Shown here: in pieces, positions 1 through 6,860 of the stretch | How the letters are laid out: each line of letters opens with the position of its first letter | Numbering within the stretch: position 1 is the first letter of the stretch | Assembly: GCA_030668825.1 (NCBI GenBank) | Contig: DAOVET010000085.1 | Coordinates: 1-11,312, forward strand | Length of the DNA stretch: 11,312 bases | From: Candidatus Heimdallarchaeota archaeon | GTDB taxonomy: Archaea > Asgardarchaeota > Heimdallarchaeia > Heimdallarchaeales > Heimdallarchaeaceae | Reading direction: 5' to 3' | Program-made: the position numbers and the translations under genes | Notes under the pieces: model-generated | Seen by the model: the letters and a program-made list of their open reading frames with translations, nothing else | Told to the model about the DNA's origin: nothing | The model's database searches: none

Positions 1-381
1 AGTTTTGAGGTTGTTGAAGGGGATACACCTGGTTTCCTAAAACATTTTGAAAAGAAACTTGATGTTGATTATAAACTTCTTCAAATCATCCAGAAAGATG
101 ATGGTACAATACAAACTAAAGAGATACCTATTAAGTACAAGAATCTCAAATCTAATGATTCATTTGTAATCGATGCATACGATGAAATCTATGTGTGGAT
201 TGGGAAGAAATCTCAAGTTAAAGAAAAATACGAAGCTGGCAAAATAGCCAGAGCTCTTGATGTTGAAAGGAAAAGACGTCCTGTAGTTTTTACAATAGAA
301 GAAGAACAAGAACCCAAAAATTTCAAGGAACTTGTAGAAACAATAGCTAAAGAAGATAAGAAACTTGGGAAGAAAAAATAA
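1..381 (+). CDS. Gelsolin-domain protein (actin-regulator family), 5'-truncated by the window edge; at least two gelsolin repeats
   Basis: Frame +1 is open from base 1 to TAA at 379-381: SFEVVEGDTPGFLKHFEKKLDVDYKLLQIIQKDDGTIQTKEIPIKYKNLKSNDSFVIDAYDEIYVWIGKKSQVKEKYEAGKIARALDVERKRRPVVFTIEEEQEPKNFKELV...KKLGKKK. The pattern L-x-S-x-D-x-F-V-I-D ... I-Y-V-W-I-G-x-x-S ... E-K ... A ... R ... E-x-x-E-P-x-x-F is the gelsolin repeat signature. The first 16 residues (VVEGDTPGFLKHF) resemble the end of a preceding repeat. Confidence 0.9.
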   Translation, partial: SFEVVEGDTPGFLKHFEKKLDVDYKLLQIIQKDDGTIQTKEIPIKYKNLKSNDSFVIDAYDEIYVWIGKKSQVKEKYEAGKIARALDVERKRRPVVFTIEEEQEPKNFKELVETIAKEDKKLGKKK

Positions 382-397
382 TTTTCTTCACTATTTT

Positions 398-405
398 TTT
401 ATAAA
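398..405 (+). promoter_or_regulatory. Possible archaeal TATA box (TTTATAAA) for the 431 gene, overlapping a T-tract that could instead terminate the gelsolin transcript
   Basis: TTTATAAA ends 25 nt before ATG 431, a leaderless-type spacing. The upstream bases are T-rich rather than a purine-rich BRE, so the call is ambiguous. Confidence 0.3.
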
Positions 406-430
406 TTAGTTCCACTAAGTGTGATACTTC

Positions 431-1438
431 ATGAAAAAGAAAAACTTTAGAATTCCTTATCGGGAAGCGGATCATGGAGATTTTAACGCTGAATGGCCTC
501 CACACAAAAAAGTTTCTGGGTGGTGGTATATTACTGGATATCTTACAGATCAGGAAAACAGAGAGAATTTCTATTCTTACCAGTTTACAATTTTTAATAT
601 CCGGAAATTTGGATTTAATTTTTATGTGCTTCAAATGGCCTTAACTGATTTCCAAACACAAAAACATCTCTTCAGACAAAGACTAAGTATACCTAAGAAG
701 AGAAATATCTACGCTAATCAAGATAATGTGGTATTCTCAAGGTTTGCAGTTTTGAAACGAGAGAAAGACCAATTAATCCTTTCTATGAAAACTGATGAGT
801 TTGAACTACAACTAGATCTAAATAAAGGGAAAGGGGCTTTCTGGCATGCAGATGATGGAGTATTAGCAATGGGATTACCAGATGATCCTCAACAACGGAC
901 AGTCTATTACTCCTATCCAAACATGCCTACAACAGGTAAGTTAATTTTGTTTAATAATTCTAAAGAAAAAACTATTTTAAGTGTCAAAGGTAAATCATGG
1001 TTTGATCGGCAATGGGGTCCGTTTCGATTGTTAGATCCAGTGTCTCATTGGGAGTGGTTCTCTCTTCGATTTTTTGATGATGAAGAAATCATGCTTTTTG
1101 CTTTTCCCCTGAATTTCTATTATGATGGAACCTATATCGACAAAGTAGGTAATAGCCAGCTCGTTCGGGATTATACTTATACCCCCAAAGAGTTTATTGA
1201 GGTAAATGATTTTACCTTTTCTAAGGGGTGGGACTTAGTATTACCAGGCATCAAGGAAGAGCAGTACGAGATCCGCCCGATTATAGAGGGACAATATAAT
1301 ATAGCATATTTCGAAATAATGGCAGAAATAATAAATCCCAAAAATGAATGTGTGGGCTTCTGTTTTGTAGAATTGGGACCAGGGGCAAGAAATCCAACTA
1401 AAAAGATTCGCCTATGGAAAGCACTTAGAAAGATATAG
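431..1438 (+). CDS. AttH/CrtC-like lipocalin-fold protein (hydroxyneurosporene synthase-like superfamily); function unknown
   Basis: 335 aa with PH...WWYITGYL, YQFTIF, YYSYP, GKSWFDRQWG and WEWFSL motifs typical of the AttH/CrtC double beta-barrel family. No signal peptide or TM segment. Confidence 0.82.
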   Translation: MKKKNFRIPYREADHGDFNAEWPPHKKVSGWWYITGYLTDQENRENFYSYQFTIFNIRKFGFNFYVLQMALTDFQTQKHLFRQRLSIPKKRNIYANQDNVVFSRFAVLKREKDQLILSMKTDEFELQLDLNKGKGAFWHADDGVLAMGLPDDPQQRTVYYSYPNMPTTGKLILFNNSKEKTILSVKGKSWFDRQWGPFRLLDPVSHWEWFSLRFFDDEEIMLFAFPLNFYYDGTYIDKVGNSQLVRDYTYTPKEFIEVNDFTFSKGWDLVLPGIKEEQYEIRPIIEGQYNIAYFEIMAEIINPKNECVGFCFVELGPGARNPTKKIRLWKALRKI

Positions 1439-1467
1439 CTGGGTCAGTACAAAGTTAATTAAATATA

Positions 1468-1475
1468 TTTTTTTT
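1468..1475 (+). terminator. Oligo-T tract, candidate archaeal terminator after the AttH-like gene
   Basis: T8 run about 30 nt after the TAG at 1436-1438. A second T8 run lies at 1540-1547. Confidence 0.35.
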
Positions 1476-1558
1476 AAATGAAGTTTAATTTTTCAAGAAA
1501 CATAAGATATATCTGAAGAATTTTTTTCTAAAGTAAAACTTTTTTTTGTTTAGTTAGC

Positions 1559-1566
1559 TTTAATTA
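1559..1566 (+). promoter_or_regulatory. Possible TATA box (TTTAATTA) for the ABC operon
   Basis: TATA-like octamer 24 nt upstream of ATG 1591, with no SD in front of that ATG. The region is very AT-rich, so a chance match is possible. Confidence 0.25.
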
Positions 1567-1590
1567 GATGAAGCTTTTAACCTACTTGTA

Positions 1591-2331
1591 ATGTCAAAGA
1601 AAGCAAGCTCTGTCTCAATAAACACTAAAGAGCTGATAAAAGATTTCAATCTTCCAGGTGGAGAAGTGATCAATGTTCTTATTGGAGTTGATATGAAGAT
1701 AAAACGAGGAGAATTCATTGCGATCATGGGACCCTCTGGAAGTGGAAAATCTACTCTTTTGAATATTCTATCAACTCTTGAAAGCATTACTTCAGGTGAA
1801 GTTTTAGTTGCAGGAATCAATCTAAGCGAGACTTCCTACAAAGAGAATCTTGAAATTCGCAGAACCAAAACTTCTGTTGTATTTCAGAATTTTGCTTTAA
1901 TTCCTTATCTTACGGCTAAAGAAAACGTTAAACTCCCTATGAAATTGCGTAAAGTTCCAGAACTTGAAGCCGATCAAAAAGCAATCGAATACCTGGAATC
2001 TGTTGGATTATATGTGCGAATGGATCATCTTCCTGAGGAGTTATCAGGAGGAGAACAACAAAGAGTAGCAATTGCCAGAGCATTAGCTCACAATCCAGAT
2101 ATCATCTATGCTGATGAACCCACAGGAAATCTAGACACTCATATTGGAAGAGAAATCATCCTTCTATTCAAACAACTTGTCACAGAGAAAAAAATCACTG
2201 TAATAATGGTCACTCACGATACAGAATGTGCAAAAGAAGCTGATAAAATCCTTATTTTACAGAAAGGTAAAGTAATTCAAGAACAACCTAAGAATATTAT
2301 TAAGAAGAAGAGCAAAAGGGAGGGAAATTAG
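1591..2331 (+). CDS. ABC transporter ATP-binding protein, MacB/LolD/SalX family
   Basis: Walker A GPSGSGKST, Q-loop VFQNFAL, signature LSGGEQQRVAIARAL, Walker B/D-loop IIYADEPTGNLD, H-loop VTHD. Confidence 0.96.
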   Translation: MSKKASSVSINTKELIKDFNLPGGEVINVLIGVDMKIKRGEFIAIMGPSGSGKSTLLNILSTLESITSGEVLVAGINLSETSYKENLEIRRTKTSVVFQNFALIPYLTAKENVKLPMKLRKVPELEADQKAIEYLESVGLYVRMDHLPEELSGGEQQRVAIARALAHNPDIIYADEPTGNLDTHIGREIILLFKQLVTEKKITVIMVTHDTECAKEADKILILQKGKVIQEQPKNIIKKKSKREGN

Positions 2332-5133
2332 ATGAAACGACCTAAATTCTTCTCTTTTATTGGATTTTCATTCAAGTCCATGTACTCTAACCGAAGAAGA
2401 AGCATCTCAATTGGTGCTGGTATGATCTTAGGAGCAGCTATTTTTTCTAGTATATTCTTCTATGGTTCTATAATTAACACAATTACTGTTCAAGATATGA
2501 TAGAAAATGTTGAAGCTGAAATAACTTTCAGACCTCTAATCGAAACAAATTTGGTTGGTACTCTCCCAGAATTAGCTGATTTACTCTCTCAAGAAATGGA
2601 ATTCGAAGATTGCATTGTTACCTATGGGAGACGTTTTCGTTATGATATAACAGACAGAGAGAATAGATATCATTCTTATTTTACTCCCGATTTTAATTTT
2701 TCTGAATATGCTGGCTTTAAAGTAGAACAACCTTCCTTTGAACCATTGATTGTTGATTCATCTTCACTTAATCATTCAATAGTTGAAAAGATCAATGTTG
2801 TTGCTGGTGAAAACAATCTTCAGAGTAATGGTATCCTGCTATCTATTGGTACATACAAGAAGTTAGGTGTACAATTAAACGACACTCTAGCTTTTAATTT
2901 TGGGTTGAATAAAACTGTTGATACTAATGAAGTCATTATAACTTCAACAACTTTAAATCTGACAGTAAGAGGATTCTTCCAACCTGGACTTCTACTAGAT
3001 GATGATTTCTTAATCGTTAGCAGTGATAATTTTAATTCGAGTATTATTGGAAATTTAACTGCTAACAAATTATGGCAGCTTCCTACAAAATTAGATCTAA
3101 CTCAATTCCCTCTAAACAATCTTCTTGATTTAAATGAGTATATTAACATAGTTTTAAACAGGAAGGAACAAATTCACAATCTGGATGGTAAAAACTTAAT
3201 CTCTGGCACGTTATTCGCATACCAAGGGTTGATTATCACAATGCAGTTAATTGATACTGTTTTGTATATTCCTGCTATTGTTTTATCAATTATTCTTATC
3301 AGTTTAGGGGCAGATTTGGCTCTAAGAGAGAGAAAATTTGAAATTTCTGTTCTAAAGGCTCAAGGAGCTAGTCCAAAACAGATACGAAGTATGATATATA
3401 CTGAGGTTATTTTTATTGCATTTCTAGGGGAAACTATAGGTATCTTTTTTGGTACCTTTGGTGCTGCAATGGTACTGTCTACATATCGGTTTATGGCAAT
3501 AGATTTTCCAACTATTTCTAGTGCTTACTCATCTTTGAACATTAAACCTTGGACTATTTTAACAACCCTAATTGTAACTTTAGGAATCCTATTTTTAACA
3601 ACCAGAAAGAAAACAAATAACTTCATTCAAGAAGAGGTTGCTATCGCCAAAACTGTTGAAAGAGAAAAGAAAAAATGGTTTAAAGCAGTATATGGGGATG
3701 TTCTGTTCTTCATGATAGGATTAGTTGGTGTGCTTCTAACAGTTGTTGAAAATACAAGACCAAATGTTTCTTTTGGTTTTGCTGTTATTTTGCTTCAAAT
3801 TTTTGCACCAATATTGCTTTGGTATGGAGGAGCTGCTATCGTTAGTAGACTATCAACCAAAGTACCTGAGAAATTAGATAAAGTACTTGTTAAAATCTTC
3901 AAAGATATAGGCGTCTTACTTAAAGGAAGCTTATCTCGCAGGCACCAAAACTTTCCAAGAATGACTGTTTTACTCTGTTTATCTGTTTCATTAGGAGTTT
4001 TTGCAGTTATTCAAGGTGAAACTGGTTCAGTTGAATTGATCCGTAGAGCTGAATTTACTATTGGAGGCGATATGAGAGTTGATATCTTGGGGGGTTACCA
4101 AACTTTATCGCCTTCTGATTTTGTTGGTTTTGAGGATAAAATAGAAAATATAATTCCTATTTACTATACGTTATTCTATGTTGGTTCAACGCCAGTTATA
4201 TGCTATGGAGTAGATTTAACGGAATATGGAAACAATGCATTATGGCACAAAGACTCAATAGAAGATTATCCTGAGTGGAAGGAAGGTCTGCAGACTCTTC
4301 AAAATAATCCTCTAAAAAATGTAGGTATTGGAGTAGAGACAGCAAGAACCTTAGATATACAAAATGATCCTACCTTTGAATTTACAATTTTCAATCAAAC
4401 AAAGTATACAGTAGAGGCAACAATAATTGTAGATCATGCCCCAGGAGAGATAGAAGATTTAGCATCAGGATCTTTTGGTGAAATATTTGATTTCCTTGAA
4501 TTTGATTTCGTTTTTACCATTCTGGTTGATAAACAGTTTATTTTCGAGTATGCTCCATATACATATGAGATTACCAGGGCAATAATTAATCTGAAGCCTG
4601 AAATTGACCCAGTAGAAGAAAATCTCGCTTTTGAGTTTGATTCACAATTCGATTGGATTATTTACGCTCAATCATATGAGGAAGAACTAGCAGAGATCAG
4701 ACAACGAGAGGGATTACGTTTTGGATTTCCTGGATTATTAACAATAAACTATCTTATCTCAATCATTGCTACTGTAATAGGGGTTTCAATTTTCATGTTT
4801 ATGATTGTTAATCAACGGAAGAAAGAATTTGCTGTACTGATATCAGAAGGAGCTTCGCGTGGGCAGTTAATCAAATTGGTTCTAAGTGAAGTAATATCTA
4901 TGGCACTTTTTGCTACTCTCTTTGGTACATTTATTGGATTCATTTTAGGGTATCAGTTCAATGGATTCTTTGATATCTTTAGTTCCTCTTCCTTTAACAG
5001 GTTACTGATATTCCCACCTGGAATTCTAATAGTTACAATAGTTGGTGCTTTTATGATTATAATACTTGCAACATTAATTCCTGCTATTATAGCTGCAAAA
5101 ACAAACGTTGTGGAGGAAATGAGAGCATTTTGA
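2332..5133 (+). CDS. ABC transporter permease with two FtsX/MacB-type modules
   Basis: 933 aa with an N-terminal amphipathic helix plus TM, a large ectodomain, FtsX motif ERKFEISVLKAQGAS, further TMs, a second ectodomain, a second motif QRKKEFAVLISEGAS and C-terminal PAIIAAKTNVVEEMR. The ATG directly abuts the upstream TAG (TAGATG) and is preceded by GGAGG. Confidence 0.93.
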   Translation: MKRPKFFSFIGFSFKSMYSNRRRSISIGAGMILGAAIFSSIFFYGSIINTITVQDMIENVEAEITFRPLIETNLVGTLPELADLLSQEMEFEDCIVTYGRRFRYDITDRENRYHSYFTPDFNFSEYAGFKVEQPSFEPLIVDSSSLNHSIVEKINVVAGENNLQSNGILLSIGTYKKLGVQLNDTLAFNFGLNKTVDTNEVIITSTTLNLTVRGFFQPGLLLDDDFLIVSSDNFNSSIIGNLTANKLWQLPTKLDLTQFPLNNLLDLNEYINIVLNRKEQIHNLDGKNLISGTLFAYQGLIITMQLIDTVLYIPAIVLSIILISLGADLALRERKFEISVLKAQGASPKQIRSMIYTEVIFIAFLGETIGIFFGTFGAAMVLSTYRFMAIDFPTISSAYSSLNIKPWTILTTLIVTLGILFLTTRKKTNNFIQEEVAIAKTVEREKKKWFKAVYGDVLFFMIGLVGVLLTVVENTRPNVSFGFAVILLQIFAPILLWYGGAAIVSRLSTKVPEKLDKVLVKIFKDIGVLLKGSLSRRHQNFPRMTVLLCLSVSLGVFAVIQGETGSVELIRRAEFTIGGDMRVDILGGYQTLSPSDFVGFEDKIENIIPIYYTLFYVGSTPVICYGVDLTEYGNNALWHKDSIEDYPEWKEGLQTLQNNPLKNVGIGVETARTLDIQNDPTFEFTIFNQTKYTVEATIIVDHAPGEIEDLASGSFGEIFDFLEFDFVFTILVDKQFIFEYAPYTYEITRAIINLKPEIDPVEENLAFEFDSQFDWIIYAQSYEEELAEIRQREGLRFGFPGLLTINYLISIIATVIGVSIFMFMIVNQRKKEFAVLISEGASRGQLIKLVLSEVISMALFATLFGTFIGFILGYQFNGFFDIFSSSSFNRLLIFPPGILIVTIVGAFMIIILATLIPAIIAAKTNVVEEMRAF

Positions 5134-5138
5134 GGTGA
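5132..5138 (+). promoter_or_regulatory. Archaeal-type Shine-Dalgarno GAGGTGA overlapping the permease stop codon
   Basis: The sequence reads TGAGGTGATTTTATG. GAGGTGA ends 4 nt before ATG 5143, supporting that start and co-transcription. Confidence 0.7.
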
Positions 5139-5142
5139 TTTT

Positions 5143-6153
5143 ATGTACAGTGATAAAACAAAAATGATTCAAATGGAACCTCTTCCTGAAGATTTAGCCT
5201 TACAAGCCATAGATATCTATCACGTATATGGTCTGGAACATCAGAACAAGGTTGTTGCTCTGAAAGGTGTAAGTTTTGACATCAAGAAAAGTGAAATTTT
5301 GGGGATTATTGGTCCTTCGGGATCAGGAAAAAGCACCTTATTATTATCTCTCGGTGGAATGCTCAAGCCTTCTGCTGGTCAGATTTTTTACTCTGATGGC
5401 ACAGATATAACGAAGCTTGCTGAAGAGAAACAATTTGAATATAGAAGACACAATATAGGATATGTTTTCCAAGAACAAAATCTGATTCCTTATTTGAGCG
5501 CAGAAAAGAATATAGAAATGCCTATGAGGTTAGTTAATCTCAATCGTTCCAAAAGAAAGCAAAGAGTAAAAGAATTGATGGAAACCTTAGGTATTTGGCA
5601 TAGAAGAACCCACTCTCCGAAAAGAATCTCTGGTGGAGAACAGCAAAGAGTCTCTATTGCTAGAGCATTAGCAAATAATCCTAGGTTGATTTTTGCTGAT
5701 GAGCCAACAGGAAACGTTGATACTGAAACCTCAACTCAAATTCTTGAGCTTTTCAAGGAATTGAAAGAGGATATAGGCACTTCCTATTTGATATGCTCTC
5801 ATGATCCCATAGTTGGTGATTTCTCTGATAGAACCTTAGAAATTAGAGATGGCATTCTTATTGGAGAGCATTTACAGGACATTGATTTGACTGATTTGGA
5901 TAGCTCAAGATTTCTGGTTATAGATAATCAGAACAGAATAACATTACCTGAAAAAGCTATTTCAGAGCTTAGAGGTTCTCTATTGTATACCTGGACAATG
6001 ACTGAAGATGGAATACTTCTAAAACCTCTTAGGAAACTTGATGAGAGCACAGAAAGCAAAATCAAATCATGTACTACTTGCGGAGCAGATATTCCAAAGG
6101 GAGTTTACTCATGTCCTAGATGTGGAGCCAAACTGACTCGAGTTGTACGATAA
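5143..6153 (+). CDS. ABC ATP-binding protein (MacB/LolD family) with C-terminal AbrB/SpoVT-like segment and Cys4 zinc ribbon
   Basis: GPSGSGKST, VFQ, ISGGEQQRVSIARAL, FADEPTGNVD and CSHD motifs, then VIDNQNRITLPEKAISEL...GILLKP (swapped-hairpin pattern) and CTTC-x10-CPRC. Confidence 0.93.
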   Translation: MYSDKTKMIQMEPLPEDLALQAIDIYHVYGLEHQNKVVALKGVSFDIKKSEILGIIGPSGSGKSTLLLSLGGMLKPSAGQIFYSDGTDITKLAEEKQFEYRRHNIGYVFQEQNLIPYLSAEKNIEMPMRLVNLNRSKRKQRVKELMETLGIWHRRTHSPKRISGGEQQRVSIARALANNPRLIFADEPTGNVDTETSTQILELFKELKEDIGTSYLICSHDPIVGDFSDRTLEIRDGILIGEHLQDIDLTDLDSSRFLVIDNQNRITLPEKAISELRGSLLYTWTMTEDGILLKPLRKLDESTESKIKSCTTCGADIPKGVYSCPRCGAKLTRVVR

Positions 6154-6198
6154 AGCTCCTTCCCTAACCTTTTTTAATAGACTTCATTTTTTTTCTTC

Positions 6199-6810
6199 AT
6201 GAGACTATTCCTTGTTAGACATGGAGAAACAGATCACAATAAGAATCGCGTAATCATGGGTCATTTACCCACTCCTCTAAATGAAACTGGTAAAGATCAA
6301 GTAAAGATTTTAGCTGACGAATTGAAGGATAAAGGAATACAATTAATTTATAGCTCAGATTTAGTTCGAGCAGTTGAAACAGCTGAAATTATTAGTTTGG
6401 AATTGAATCTTCCTGTTAAATATACCGATAAACTCCGAGAGCATACTCTTGGAGATCTTGACGGAGTTGGTATTTCTGAATTGTTGGATGAGATGGAATC
6501 TCTTAAAGAATTCGATGACTTGATGACTAAACATAATGGGGAACTGACAGAAGATTTCATGACCAGAGTATGGGAAGAGTTTAGAAATATAGCTCGTGAA
6601 AACAAAGAAAAAGACTTTGTTCTGATTGTCACACATGGAGGGTGTGTTCGTTCAATAATAGCTAGAATTCTAGATGCATCAGAGTTGATATTTGATAATA
6701 TCAAACAACATAATTGCTGTATTAATATCATAGATTATACTGAATCAGAGGGAAAAGAAAAGTTTTCAATCGAGTTAGTTAATGATGTTTGTCATTTTAC
6801 CATCAAATAA
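6199..6810 (+). CDS. Histidine phosphatase family protein (branch 1; GpmB/CobC/PhoE-like)
   Basis: N-terminal LFLVRHGET, SSDLVRAVETA, LREH-x-x-G and VTHGG: the full RHG...R...E...HG catalytic set. Confidence 0.95.
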   Translation: MRLFLVRHGETDHNKNRVIMGHLPTPLNETGKDQVKILADELKDKGIQLIYSSDLVRAVETAEIISLELNLPVKYTDKLREHTLGDLDGVGISELLDEMESLKEFDDLMTKHNGELTEDFMTRVWEEFRNIARENKEKDFVLIVTHGGCVRSIIARILDASELIFDNIKQHNCCINIIDYTESEGKEKFSIELVNDVCHFTIK

Positions 6811-6860
6811 CGTTCCTTTGCAATAAAATTTTAAAGACTGAATTAGAATTCGTAATTAAG

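Noticed and set aside
193-381. 62-aa ORF with GTG start as a standalone gene
   Set aside because: The frame is open back to base 1, and the GTG falls in the middle of the gelsolin YVWIG motif; it is the tail of a longer gene.
347-634. 95-aa minus-strand ORF
   Set aside because: Antisense to the gelsolin end and the AttH-like gene, with no recognisable motif; shadow ORF.
431-1438. Naming this gene crtC (carotenoid 1,2-hydratase)
   Set aside because: Only fold-level motifs match and there are no carotenoid genes in the window, so a specific function is unsupported.
1439-1590. Longer AT-rich spacer as an ncRNA or a further TrmB operator site
   Set aside because: No GC-rich stem and no ACTAC-N4-GTAGT copy seen; explained by terminator and promoter tracts.
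1560-1820. 86-aa minus-strand ORF
   Set aside because: Typical antisense shadow of an ABC ATPase Walker A region (VDFPLPEGP).
2820-3068. 82-aa minus-strand ORF
   Set aside because: Entirely antisense to the well-supported permease; no independent signals.
1591-6153. Assigning lolD/lolCE, macB or ftsEX symbols
   Set aside because: Family membership is clear, but orthology and substrate are not; no LolA, MacA or TolC-like partners are present and the context is archaeal.
6348-6731. Two minus-strand ORFs (127 aa and 91 aa)
   Set aside because: Both lie antisense within the histidine phosphatase gene; no motifs.
6789-6860. TTG start and 24-aa N-terminal extension of the metallophosphoesterase
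   Set aside because: Overlaps the upstream gene and reads like AT-rich intergenic DNA; ATG 6861 is more plausible.
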